This document shows positions 30,952 to 40,456 of a stretch of 64,000 nt of DNA, in pieces. The DNA is taken from the sequence record SRR20825019_114. One strand, written 5' to 3'. Under the pieces are notes generated by a model. It worked only from the letters and a program-made list of their open reading frames with translations. It was not told the DNA's origin and did not search any database. The position numbers were made by a program, and so were the translations under genes. Every line of letters starts with the position of its first letter. Position 1 is the stretch's first letter.

Positions 30952-31764
30952 TTAGCGAATGCGTTTCAGCACGCCTTTTTCAAAGTCATTGTCACTGAGG
31001 CCCGCACCAAAAGTGTAGGTGCCGTAGCTCAGCGTTGTTGACTTATTGGTCTGATGGTTGGTCATCACCAGTTCATGCGTGCGCCAGACACCGTCATACT
31101 CGCGGTAGTCATTGAGCATCAGCGTCTTGAGAAGCATATCCTTACGATCATAAAAGTCGATCTTGCGAACTTGATAGACATCCTGATCGATATAGGCAAT
31201 CTGGCGGGTGTAGCCTGAGTTTTCATAGAGCGGGAAACGCTCAATCACGTCAACCTTCATGCCGTCCAGGTCTTCTTCACCCTTGTAGCTGTATTTATAT
31301 TTATTCAGCTCGGTGGAGGTGAAATCCTCAAACGCAAACTCGGAACCCACAAACGGGCCAGACTTGTTGGCGCTTGAGATCCGCTTCACGCGCTTGAGCG
31401 CTGGCAGGAAAAGCCACTGGTCATCTGGTTCCAGGATTTTTGCGTGGCTCAGAAGCGCTGTGCCCTGCACATCACGCGGGGTGACAAATACGGTGAGCGA
31501 CTTGTCGCCCACTTGCTCGTTTTCCCGCTCAAGGGTTTTGAAATACATCTCGCGGGTTGACGTAGACCCGGCAGCGTTTGTCAGCGTCATCACGGCCGTG
31601 ACTTCGCTATCACCAAAACCGGTGTCTGACCGGTCAGAGCGGGCAGCGATTTCCAGGCCTTTTTCTGCCGCCTCATCAGCCCACACGGGGCTGATGAGAG
31701 AGAAGCCAAGAGTGACAACGGCGAGCGTTACCTTGAATTTATTCTGCAGCGTGCGTTTGAGCAT
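30952..31764 (-). CDS. LolA-like 'outer membrane lipoprotein-sorting' periplasmic protein
   Basis: PRDVQGTALL, DDQWLFLPALKRVKRISS, FVGSEFAFED, LLKTL. Confidence 0.88.
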   Translation of the reverse strand: MLKRTLQNKFKVTLAVVTLGFSLISPVWADEAAEKGLEIAARSDRSDTGFGDSEVTAVMTLTNAAGSTSTREMYFKTLERENEQVGDKSLTVFVTPRDVQGTALLSHAKILEPDDQWLFLPALKRVKRISSANKSGPFVGSEFAFEDFTSTELNKYKYSYKGEEDLDGMKVDVIERFPLYENSGYTRQIAYIDQDVYQVRKIDFYDRKDMLLKTLMLNDYREYDGVWRTHELVMTNHQTNKSTTLSYGTYTFGAGLSDNDFEKGVLKRIR

Positions 31765-34120
31765 CTTTTAGGTCTCCATTGCTGTCAGTGTTTTTTGTCT
31801 CTGTAATCCATTTCCCTGAACCACGCAGCATCACCGCTGGCAGGAACAGGAAGTCGAAAATAAGCGCGAAGGTAATGGCAAGCGCGGTGAGCAAGCCAAG
31901 GTCTGCGTTCATCTTGAAGTGCGAGGTAGCGAGATAAGCAAAGCCGATCACCAGCACCACCGTATTCACTACAAGCGCATAACCAACCGTCTCAAACGCA
32001 TATTTAATCGCGCCCGCACGGTCATAACCCTTCTCTCGTATCCCCCGCACATATTTGGCAAGGAAGTGCACTGTATCATCCACCACGATACCAAGCGACA
32101 CGCTTGCCACGGCTGCGACAGAAAAGCCCACCGTACCCACCAGAAGCGCCCAGGCACCAAAGGCCGTGAGGATCGGCAGTGTGTTCGGCACCATGGAAAT
32201 CGCCCCGATCTTGACCGATTTGAGCGCAACCATCATCACAATCCCGATCGCGATAATAGCGATGATATTGCCGGTGATCATGCTGGCAACGTTGCGTTCC
32301 GCCACATAGGTGAACATCACCTGTGCGCTGGTCGGCACTGTTCCCTGCATATAATCCGGCGCGTTCTGGGCGATCCAGTCACGGGCGCTATTGAGGAATA
32401 CTTTTGTCTCGGAGGTTGAGATATTCTTCAGCGTTGCCGTTACCCGCGTGGCCGATTTATCGATATTGATACGGTCATTGAGGTCAAGGCCGTATGGCAG
32501 TGACAGTTCATATAGAAGCAGATACTGGGCTGAAAGCTGCCGGTCGTCCGGCAGGCGATACCAGCTTGCTTCGTCCCCGTGCAGGTTACGGTTCAACCGC
32601 TTCATGATGTCGGTAACCGAATAGACGTGCGACACGTTGGGCTGCTCACGCAAGAACTGGGTAAACTCGTCCAGCTTCACAAGGAAGTCAGGATCGCTCA
32701 CGCCACCCTCGCCCGGTGCATGCACCGAAAACTCGATGGGGTAGAAACCGAAATACTGGTTCGAGACGTCCGAATCCCGGCGGAACTCGATAGACGGATC
32801 AAAATACTCGGTCCACTGGTCGTTGAACTGAATAAGCGGCACAGCCGATACCAGCAGAAGCGCCAGCGCGCCCATGCCGTAAAACAGCTTCTTGTTATTG
32901 CGCACCACAAAATCAGCCAGCTTGCCCATGAAGCTGTTCGCCGTTTCCTTGGCTTTTTTAGGTGCCCGCATCGGCAGCACCGAAAGCATGGCTGGCAGGA
33001 ACGTCACAGACATAAGCCACGCCGCCACAATACCCACGGCTGAGATGTTGCCCAGATGCCAGAAGGGTGGCGCGTCTGAGAAATTGAGCGCCAAGAAACC
33101 AATCGCTGTGGTCAGCGATGTCACCATCACCGCAAGGAAGTTCACCCGCACCGCTTCAACAAGGGCGTCCCGTTTGCTCATGCCGTGGCTCATGGAATGC
33201 CGCGCCGTGATCAGGATATGCACCGCATCCGCAATCGCGAGCGTGAGGATAATCGTGGGTGCCGAAAGCGCGATAGGCGTCAGCCCGATCTCGGCGAAAC
33301 CCGCAGCCCCCATACCAATGAGCGAGGCAAACGCAATCATCAGAAGCGTCACCACCGTACCCGATACGCTGCGCACCGTCACCGCCATAAGAACAAGCAG
33401 CAACAGGTACATCATCGGGATCATCTCGGTCGAATCCGCCATGCCCGCTTCCTGGAACGCGTTATTGAGCATGGAAACCCCGGTCATGCGAATTTCATGG
33501 CCCGGATATTTTTCCAGCATTCGGTCCTTGATACCGCGGGCATAAACAACTGCTTCCGGCACCTCAAAAGCATGAGCCTCGGGGTATTGCACCACCACGT
33601 TGACCGCAATGGCGCGGCCGTCTGCTGTCACAAGCTGGTTCCTGAGCAGCGGTTCCGTGAGCGCGATCTGGCTTTTCGAAGCCAGCTCATCTGCCGTCAG
33701 GCTATCCGCGCCTTTAACCAGGTTTTCCACGATAAGGTCGTCATCTTCCGCATAGGTGTGCTGGAAGTTTGAAAGCGAGTCGACCCGAATGGAATACGGG
33801 ATCTGCCACGCTTCAAGCGTCATATCCTCGACAAGGGCGAGCGTCTCATTGCTGAAAACATCGCCATTCTCGGGAATAATCGTGAAGAAGAAGTTGTCGT
33901 TTTTGGTGTAAGTATCCTGAAATTCTTCAAAAGCCTGCAATTCTGGGTTGGATTCAGAGAAGAAATCCCGGTAATTGTTTGAGAATTGAAGAAAACGAGT
34001 CCCGCTCGCTATTAAAACAGTCAATAAAATGGTGGCAAAAATCACCAACCATCTTTTTGCGATCACAAAATTCGCCAGTTTTACGGCAAATTCGTCAATC
34101 GCAGTCATTGTCTTGGGCAT
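31739..34120 (-). CDS. MMPL-family RND transporter
   Basis: Duplicated TM modules with LAIADAVH and GIVVDDTVH, TSLTTAIGF; ATG 34120 behind GAGGAG. Confidence 0.9.
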   Translation of the reverse strand: MPKTMTAIDEFAVKLANFVIAKRWLVIFATILLTVLIASGTRFLQFSNNYRDFFSESNPELQAFEEFQDTYTKNDNFFFTIIPENGDVFSNETLALVEDMTLEAWQIPYSIRVDSLSNFQHTYAEDDDLIVENLVKGADSLTADELASKSQIALTEPLLRNQLVTADGRAIAVNVVVQYPEAHAFEVPEAVVYARGIKDRMLEKYPGHEIRMTGVSMLNNAFQEAGMADSTEMIPMMYLLLLVLMAVTVRSVSGTVVTLLMIAFASLIGMGAAGFAEIGLTPIALSAPTIILTLAIADAVHILITARHSMSHGMSKRDALVEAVRVNFLAVMVTSLTTAIGFLALNFSDAPPFWHLGNISAVGIVAAWLMSVTFLPAMLSVLPMRAPKKAKETANSFMGKLADFVVRNNKKLFYGMGALALLLVSAVPLIQFNDQWTEYFDPSIEFRRDSDVSNQYFGFYPIEFSVHAPGEGGVSDPDFLVKLDEFTQFLREQPNVSHVYSVTDIMKRLNRNLHGDEASWYRLPDDRQLSAQYLLLYELSLPYGLDLNDRINIDKSATRVTATLKNISTSETKVFLNSARDWIAQNAPDYMQGTVPTSAQVMFTYVAERNVASMITGNIIAIIAIGIVMMVALKSVKIGAISMVPNTLPILTAFGAWALLVGTVGFSVAAVASVSLGIVVDDTVHFLAKYVRGIREKGYDRAGAIKYAFETVGYALVVNTVVLVIGFAYLATSHFKMNADLGLLTALAITFALIFDFLFLPAVMLRGSGKWITETKNTDSNGDLKDAQTHAAE

Positions 34121-34318
34121 GATCTGCTCCTCGCTGTCGCTCCGCCCTTTTTGGGCAGGTCCTCCTATGGTTCGTTTGAGATCATACACGGTCTTACTGA
34201 CAGAAATTGTCAGTATTGTTTCCCTGAACCCAAACACCACCTAACCAACACTTGCGCCTATATGGGTGCGCGGCGTACATTTTTGAAATTGATATTTCTG
34301 ACTTTGGATATTTAGCTC

Positions 34319-35287
34319 ATGAATTTGTCTGGGATCGATCTTAACCTATTGGTTGTTTTTAATGCCGTTATGGATGAGCGTAGCGCAACTCGGGCCGGTC
34401 GTAAAATCGGAATGTCACAACCTGCTGTCTCAAACGCGCTCAACAGGCTCCGGCATCTGATGCGCGATGACCTTTTTGTGCGGGAGCCAGAGGGCATGCG
34501 CCCCACCGCCCGCGCGCTTGAACTTGAGGTGCCAATCCGCCGCGCGCTCAGCGAACTTGAAGACGCGCTCGACCCCGTCTCGTTCGACCCCGCGCATGCG
34601 GAGCGCACCTTCACCATCGCCACCAACGACTATATGGCCATGACGCTGCTGCCTTATCTCGCGAGTTATCTGGTTGAAGAAGCACCGGGCGTGAACATTC
34701 ACACTTCCCCCATTGAAGGGCGCCTGTTTGAAAAGCTGGACGCGCAGGAGGCCGACTATGGCATCATGGCACTCTCAGACGTGCCAGACAGGTTTGGCAG
34801 GTTGGATGTGGGCTCAGACCATTTTGTGTGCATGATGCGGAAAGACCACCCGCTCGCGCGCTATCATGATATCCCGCTGGAGGAATATGCCGCAGCCCGG
34901 CACCTTCTCGTGTCGCATCGGGGCGACGCCCACGGTTTTGTGGATGATGAACTGGCGAACAGGGGCCTCAGCCGCCGCATCGTTATTGTGGTCAACCACT
35001 TCGGCTCCGCCCCCATGATCATCAGCTCAAGCGACCTTATCGTCACGGTGCCCAGCCGCATGGCGGAAAAATGCACCCAGTTTTTTGACCTGCACATCGT
35101 GCCAAGCCCTATCTCGCCGCCGCCCAATATGATCGGCGGGGTGCTGGTGTGGCACAAGCGGCTGACCAACCACCCGGCGCATAGCTGGTTCCGGCAGATG
35201 ATCCTGCGCGCAGGCCGTGACCTTGATGAACACGGCATCAAGGAGCCAGACAATATGCGCACCCCCGCCGCCTTTTGCTGTGAGTAA
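34319..35287 (+). CDS. LysR family regulator (NodD/NahR/LeuO-like)
   Basis: IDLNLLVVF...SQPAVSNALNRLR...DDLFVR...PT; HPAHSWFR. Confidence 0.95.
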   Translation: MNLSGIDLNLLVVFNAVMDERSATRAGRKIGMSQPAVSNALNRLRHLMRDDLFVREPEGMRPTARALELEVPIRRALSELEDALDPVSFDPAHAERTFTIATNDYMAMTLLPYLASYLVEEAPGVNIHTSPIEGRLFEKLDAQEADYGIMALSDVPDRFGRLDVGSDHFVCMMRKDHPLARYHDIPLEEYAAARHLLVSHRGDAHGFVDDELANRGLSRRIVIVVNHFGSAPMIISSSDLIVTVPSRMAEKCTQFFDLHIVPSPISPPPNMIGGVLVWHKRLTNHPAHSWFRQMILRAGRDLDEHGIKEPDNMRTPAAFCCE

Positions 35288-35304
35288 CTGAGCAGGGTTT
35301 CTCG

Positions 35305-35389
35305 GACCCATAAAGAGACCATTTAACTGGTCATATTATCATTGTGCTAACACCATAAATGACCTATTATGAGACCAGTTAAAAGCACC
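35305..35389 (+). promoter_or_regulatory. Repeat-rich toxin-antitoxin promoter/operator
   Basis: 11-bp inverted repeat TTTAACTGGTC (35322-35332) / GACCAGTTAAA (35373-35383) and several GACC units spaced about 12 bp apart. Confidence 0.55.
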
Positions 35390-35402
35390 TTAGGACACAC
35401 TC

Positions 35403-35657
35403 ATGACCACAACGCACCTGATTTTAGCGGATATCTGCGCTGGCATTTCCGAGCTGAAGAAAAACCCCATGGCTGTGGTGGAACAGGGTGACGGCGCGCC
35501 TGTCGCCATCATGAACCGCAGCGAACCAGCCTTCTATGCCGTGCCCGCCGCCGCGTTCGAGGCCTTGATGGACAAGCTTGAGGATATGGAACTGGCGGCG
35601 CTGGTGAAAGAGCGTGAAGGCCAACCTGAGATCGAGGTTGATATCAATGACCTTTAA
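35403..35657 (+). CDS. Type II antitoxin, Phd/YefM (StbD/YafN-like)
   Basis: ISELKKNPM, PVAIMNRSEPAFY, acidic C-terminus; overlaps the toxin gene. Confidence 0.92.
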   Translation: MTTTHLILADICAGISELKKNPMAVVEQGDGAPVAIMNRSEPAFYAVPAAAFEALMDKLEDMELAALVKEREGQPEIEVDINDL

Positions 35658-35931
35658 GCTTGTTTTCAAGGAACAAGCCAAAAAGGAATGGGATAAGCTG
35701 GACGCCACCGTGCGTAAACAGTTTGCCACCAAGTTGCGTGAGCGGCTGACCACCCCGCGCGTTGAGGCTGCGCGCCTGAGTGGCATGACGGATTGTTATA
35801 AAATCAAACTGCGCCGCGCGGGCTACCGCCTTGTGTATCAGGTGCGCGACCAAGAATTGGTGGTCTCGGTCGTCGCGGTCGGGAAACGCGAACGCAACTT
35901 TGTGTACAAACAAACGGTAAAGCGGATTTGA
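35647..35931 (+). CDS. Type II toxin, RelE/StbE family
   Basis: AKKEWDKLD, CYKIKLR..GYRLVYQV, VAVGKRER; start ATG 35647. Confidence 0.93.
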   Translation: MTFKLVFKEQAKKEWDKLDATVRKQFATKLRERLTTPRVEAARLSGMTDCYKIKLRRAGYRLVYQVRDQELVVSVVAVGKRERNFVYKQTVKRI

Positions 35932-35971
35932 GCCATTCCCCCGGTAGCAAGTTCGGATAGGAGAGACTTCT

Positions 35972-36328
35972 TTGAAAAGAGACATGGACCTTATCAGAGA
36001 AATCATGTTTGCAGTCGAAGAAAGTGATCATGATCCCTTATCTTGGATGACGCTATCTATTGACGGCCGATCGCAGCTAGAGGTCTCGTATCATGTCCAG
36101 TTACTAGACGAAGCTGGGCTCATTACAGCTGTAGATTTATCTTCTTCCGATGGACTTCATTGGGAGCCCAAACAGCTAACTTGGGATGGACACGAATTTC
36201 TCGATAACGCCCGGAGCGCTACGACTTGGAAGCGTGTAAAGCAGATAGTTGCAGAACGCACAGGTTCTGCGAGCCTTGACGTCATCCAGAACATTTTAAC
36301 TGAACAAGCAACTGCCCTACTGACATAG
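35972..36328 (+). CDS. DUF2513 family protein
   Basis: MKRDMDLIRE, YHVQLLDEAGLI, LTWDGHEFLD; TTG start behind AGGAG. Confidence 0.85.
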   Translation: MKRDMDLIREIMFAVEESDHDPLSWMTLSIDGRSQLEVSYHVQLLDEAGLITAVDLSSSDGLHWEPKQLTWDGHEFLDNARSATTWKRVKQIVAERTGSASLDVIQNILTEQATALLT

Positions 36329-36352
36329 AAGCTTTTGTGAGTTCATGCCTCC

Positions 36353-36844
36353 TCAAAACTTCTTCTTCCCAAGCCTTGGCACCTCTGGTGGGCGTTCGCC
36401 CGTCTCCAGCCACGTGTCATAATAATCGATCTTGCTTTCCACCAGCTTGAGCGCCTGCCGGGTTTTGGCAAGCTCCGCCTTCACCCGCAAACGGTGGGCG
36501 CGCAGCATGGTGAGCCTGTCGGGCAGGCTTTTGCGGCCCTTGGTGACCAGCGCCGCATAGTCTTTCATCTCCGCGACCGTCATGCCGGTGCGCTTGAGCT
36601 GCTCAATAAACTCAAGCCAGCCGATATGGTCGGGGTCATATACCCGTCTGCCGCCCGCGTCGCGCGTTACCCCGGGCATCAGGCCCTGCGTTTCATACCA
36701 GCGAATGGTATGCACGCTGCGGCCCGATGCTTCCGCCAGCGCCCCGATATGCAAATATCGGGGCTTGGGGGCGGCTTTAGGCGGCTGACGCTCTGTCTGG
36801 CGCTTCAAGGGCTTCTTCGACAAGGCTCGTGTCCATATATTCAT
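36353..36844 (-). CDS. MerR family regulator (NmlR/AdhR-like); true start probably a downstream TTG
   Basis: IGALAEASGRSVHTIRWYE, RDAGGRRVY, TGMTVAEM, KIDYY. Confidence 0.88.
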   Translation of the reverse strand: MNIWTRALSKKPLKRQTERQPPKAAPKPRYLHIGALAEASGRSVHTIRWYETQGLMPGVTRDAGGRRVYDPDHIGWLEFIEQLKRTGMTVAEMKDYAALVTKGRKSLPDRLTMLRAHRLRVKAELAKTRQALKLVESKIDYYDTWLETGERPPEVPRLGKKKF

Positions 36845-37196
36845 TCAGGTGTTTCATTTTCCCGCCTTCAAAGCGGATCACATAACAATAGCTGTTGTCA
36901 TAGGCTTTGCCAGTTTTTGTGGTTACCGCGCCCTGGCATTCCACCACCACAAAGTCACCATCCACTAAGATGCGCCGCGCAGTGTTGCAATATTTGGTGG
37001 CAAACTGGGCAAAAAGCGGGGTGAGCAGGCGCTCCCGCACTTCCCGTTTGCCGCTATAGGTGCCAGACCATGCGTTGCGACCCGGTAACGTCCAACTGAA
37101 ATCATCGTCCATCGCCTCCACAAAGGGTTTGCCGTTGCCGCGCGAAAGCTCATCCATGATGCCTTGCATGATGATTTTATTGTCTTCTGCTGTCAT
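36777..37196 (-). CDS. SnoaL/NTF2-like (ketosteroid isomerase-like) protein
   Basis: WTLPG..AWSGTYSGK, DGDFVVVE, YDNSYC, EYMDT. Confidence 0.88.
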   Translation of the reverse strand: MTAEDNKIIMQGIMDELSRGNGKPFVEAMDDDFSWTLPGRNAWSGTYSGKREVRERLLTPLFAQFATKYCNTARRILVDGDFVVVECQGAVTTKTGKAYDNSYCYVIRFEGGKMKHLNEYMDTSLVEEALEAPDRASAA

Positions 37197-37227
37197 GATA
37201 TCGGTCTCCATCTCAATTGGGAAACCC

Positions 37228-37258
37228 AGTATCCATGCTAGAGCATACTCTAGATCAA
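37228..37258 (-). promoter_or_regulatory. MerR-type promoter with 19-bp spacer and dyad operator
   Basis: -35 TTGATC, 19-bp spacer, -10 GATACT; dyad CTAGAG-TATG-CTCTAG (37238-37253). Confidence 0.8.
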
Positions 37259-37325
37259 GAGAAAAATTTCAAAGGCATAATGCACTGAAAATACAAGGAA
37301 TTTCAGAAACAACGGCGCGCCGGAA

Positions 37326-38612
37326 TTATTTCCTGCGCTTATCCCCACCCCAGCGGAAGGGCGTGTGCCACCGCACAGGCTCCATCTCACCGCGCACCAG
37401 CCGGAGGCCAAGGCCAAGGATGGTGCCAACGGCGATAGCAACCGTAAGGTCTGCCATGATCGTCAGCACAGCAGTGAGGATGAGGATGGCAAGCTCCGCC
37501 TTCGGCAACTTCAGCCGTTCCCGCCAGCGGTGCGGTTCGCTCATGGTCCATGCTGTCACGATAAGAAGCCCTGCGAGCGCAGGCAATGCCAAGGCCCCGG
37601 CAAGCGGTGCCGCCACCAGCATAGCAACAAGGATCGCCAGCGCATGCACAATACCCGCAACGGGCGTGCGCCCACCTGCGCTTACATTGGTGGCGGTGCG
37701 CGCAATCGCCCCTGTGGCCGGAAGCCCGCCAAAAAGCGGCGATGCGATATTTGCCGCCCCTTGCGCCAGCAGTTCGGCGTTTGAGCGGTGCGCGCCCCCG
37801 ATCATGCGGTCTGCCACAATGGCGGACAGCAGCGATTCAATGCCCGCGAGGAAAGCAATGGTCAGTGCCGACGGCAACAGGTCCAGCATTTTGGCAAACT
37901 CAAGCTCGGGCAGGCTGGGCCACGGCAGGCCAGCTGGCAAAGCGCCATAGCGCGCCGTAACCGTATCAACTGACGGCATAAAAAAAGCTGCCGCTACGCT
38001 GGCGGCTGCGACCACAAGCACAAGCCACGGCACCTTGGGCGCCATGCGCCTGAGCGCTAGAATGGCCGCAACACACGCCACCCCAAGGCCAAGGGCACTA
38101 AAATCGGTGGTGTCGCGTATCGCCCACAGCGCCTGAAGTTTAGGCAAAAATTCTGCGGGCAGCGAAACGTCGCTCATGCCCGCCAGGTCCTTGATCTGGC
38201 TAACCGCAATCACCACCGCGATGCCGATGGTGAACCCCTCCACCACTGCCTCGGGCACGTGGCGTATCAGGCGGCCTGCGCGCAGCAATCCGGCGATAAG
38301 CAATATAGCACCCGCCATCAGGGTTGCGACCATCAGGCCGTCATAACCATGGTCATGAATGATGCCATACACCACCACAATAAACGCCCCGGTTGGCCCA
38401 CCAATCTGGACTCTGCTGCCGCCAAGCGCTGAGATCAGCAAACCCGCAACAACCGCGGTCACAAGCCCGGCCGCCGGTGGCGCGCCAGAGGCGATGGCAA
38501 TGGCGATGCTGAGCGGCAGGGCAACAAGCGCAACCGTAAGCCCGGCCAGCGTGTCAGACAGCAAAAGCCGGGGCGTATAGTCTTTCAGTGTTGTGATAAT
38601 CTTGGGTGTCAT
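37326..38612 (-). CDS. SulP/SLC26 anion transporter lacking a STAS domain
   Basis: AGLTVALVALPLSIAIA, GGSRVQIGGPTGAF, ESLLSA, NAELLAQG, PATGAIARTA. Confidence 0.9.
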   Translation of the reverse strand: MTPKIITTLKDYTPRLLLSDTLAGLTVALVALPLSIAIAIASGAPPAAGLVTAVVAGLLISALGGSRVQIGGPTGAFIVVVYGIIHDHGYDGLMVATLMAGAILLIAGLLRAGRLIRHVPEAVVEGFTIGIAVVIAVSQIKDLAGMSDVSLPAEFLPKLQALWAIRDTTDFSALGLGVACVAAILALRRMAPKVPWLVLVVAAASVAAAFFMPSVDTVTARYGALPAGLPWPSLPELEFAKMLDLLPSALTIAFLAGIESLLSAIVADRMIGGAHRSNAELLAQGAANIASPLFGGLPATGAIARTATNVSAGGRTPVAGIVHALAILVAMLVAAPLAGALALPALAGLLIVTAWTMSEPHRWRERLKLPKAELAILILTAVLTIMADLTVAIAVGTILGLGLRLVRGEMEPVRWHTPFRWGGDKRRK

Positions 38613-38683
38613 GACGGCAAACATTCTTGCTTGAACAGGCCTTTACCATGAAAGCTTACTGAGAAGCCCCCGGCCATTGCAAA

Positions 38684-38720
38684 TAGTATTAATTATACTA
38701 TAAGTTGTTTTTTTCATAGT
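38684..38720. promoter_or_regulatory. AT-rich overlapping dyads between sulP and the nitroreductase
   Basis: TAGTAT-TAATT-ATACTA (38684-38700) and ACTAT...ATAGT (38697-38720). Confidence 0.35.
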
Positions 38721-38844
38721 CTGCCGGGGCCACCTGCCCATTCGCGCCTGCGCGCAGCCCATCCATATATGCATGAGCATGCCGCTTTACCCATGATGGG
38801 TGTCGCCCTATCCTGCCCATTCGGTGCAACAAAAGGGGCGAGAC

Positions 38845-39600
38845 ATGAAAGACGGTATGGAGGGGGTGGAAGCACACCGCCAGATGGGCGTTGATGATGT
38901 GCTCAGGGCACGGCGTAGCATCCGTGACTTCAAAAACACTCCGGTGCCGGACGCTCTGGTTGATGATATCCTCCGCGCCGCACTTCATGCGCCGTCTTGG
39001 GGTAATGTGCAGCCCTACCGGGTGGCGGTTGCGTCTGGCACGCTGGCGCGCGAGATCAGCGCGGACCTGATGGCCATATATGAGCGCGCTATGGCGTTCC
39101 GCCGTGCCGGGCTCCTCACGCGGCTTCGTATGCTGCGGGGTGGCATCCCAAAGCCGGACGGTGATTTTAATACCATCATGCGTTACCCGCCTGAACTTGA
39201 CGCCCGCTACAAAGCCACCGGCAAAGGGCTTTATGAGCTTCTGGGCATCAAGCGCGATGACAAGGCGACGCGGGAACGCCAGATGGGCAAAAACTTCGCC
39301 TTCTTTGGTGCACCGACCGTGCTGTTTGTGTTTTGCAGCGCTGACCTTGGGGCCTATGCGGCGCTTGATACCGGTGCTTTCATTCAAAGCCTTGCGCTCG
39401 CAGCCCACACGCGTGGGCTTGGCACCTGCGCGCAGGCGGCGCTCGCCACCTGGGCGGGACCGGTGAAAACACGTTTTGACATCCCTTCGGGCTATAAGCT
39501 CATTTGCGGTGTTTCGCTCGGGTATCCGTCAGACGACCCGGTGAACACCTATGCACCCACGCGGCGCACGCTGGGTGAGTTGTGCATCCAGCCCTCCTAA
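38845..39600 (+). CDS. Nitroreductase family protein
   Basis: RRSIRDF, APSWGNVQPY, FFGAP, LDTG, GLGTCAQ, SLGYP. Confidence 0.9.
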   Translation: MKDGMEGVEAHRQMGVDDVLRARRSIRDFKNTPVPDALVDDILRAALHAPSWGNVQPYRVAVASGTLAREISADLMAIYERAMAFRRAGLLTRLRMLRGGIPKPDGDFNTIMRYPPELDARYKATGKGLYELLGIKRDDKATRERQMGKNFAFFGAPTVLFVFCSADLGAYAALDTGAFIQSLALAAHTRGLGTCAQAALATWAGPVKTRFDIPSGYKLICGVSLGYPSDDPVNTYAPTRRTLGELCIQPS

Positions 39601-39740
39601 TCCCCGGCATTCTTGCCCCTACAGCTGTGCCGATGTATGATACACGCTCAGGGCGGGATACATCTTTCAGGTGATCCGCCCAGATGGGGCAAATGGCGTA
39701 AGTGTGGGGCACATGCCTTTGGGGAAAGGCGAAAAAGCCA

Positions 39741-40454
39741 ATGGCAATTTCACGGGGGCACGTGAAGCCATATTTTTTGGCGTGTTTTCTGATTCTTTGT
39801 ATTGGGCTATGGGCACTCCCGCTTTCAGCGGAGGAGAAGAAAACCTATCGCCTGACCATGGCAAAAGACGAGCCAGTGCATGAAATGGCGCTGGCGGTGC
39901 TCACGGAAGCTTATGCTCGCCTTGGACTGGGCATTGAGGTTGTGCATTCACCGTGGAGACGATCACTGGCGGAGAATGACCGGGGCACCTATGATGGCGA
40001 AATTGGCAGGCTGAAGGTTATCGAGAGCATTACCAAAAACCTGATCCGGGTGGATGAGCCCCTGTTTGACATTCACCAATATGCCTATGCGCTAACCCCC
40101 ATCCCCCATGTGAACACGTGGCAAGACCTGAAAGGCATGCGCATTGGCACTGAGCTGGGTGTGGTGATTGTTGAGGTACGCACGAGAGGCATGAACCGGA
40201 TGACTTCTGCCAATAAGGACGAGCTTGTCATGATGCTAAGGCGCGGCGCCGTGGATGCTATTATTCTGGAAGATGTTGTGGACTATACCGCAGAACCATA
40301 CGGGTTTTACCAGTCCCCAACCGCGCTGGAGGCCAGCACGCTTTACCACTATCTGCACAAATCCCACACCGATGTGGCCGAGGCGTTGCGGCTTGAACTG
40401 CTGGCCATGCGCAGGCACGGCAATATCCGGAAAATTACCGGGCACTTTCACTAG
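39741..40454 (+). CDS. Orphan periplasmic substrate-binding protein (family 3-like)
   Basis: Signal peptide; EAYARLG, PWRRSL, DGEIGR, WQDLKG, LYHYLHK. Confidence 0.75.
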   Translation: MAISRGHVKPYFLACFLILCIGLWALPLSAEEKKTYRLTMAKDEPVHEMALAVLTEAYARLGLGIEVVHSPWRRSLAENDRGTYDGEIGRLKVIESITKNLIRVDEPLFDIHQYAYALTPIPHVNTWQDLKGMRIGTELGVVIVEVRTRGMNRMTSANKDELVMMLRRGAVDAIILEDVVDYTAEPYGFYQSPTALEASTLYHYLHKSHTDVAEALRLELLAMRRHGNIRKITGHFH

Positions 40455-40456
40455 GC

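Noticed and set aside
35288-36352. Transposon or integrative-element boundaries around the TA islet
   Set aside because: No transposase, integrase, terminal inverted repeats or target duplication could be seen.
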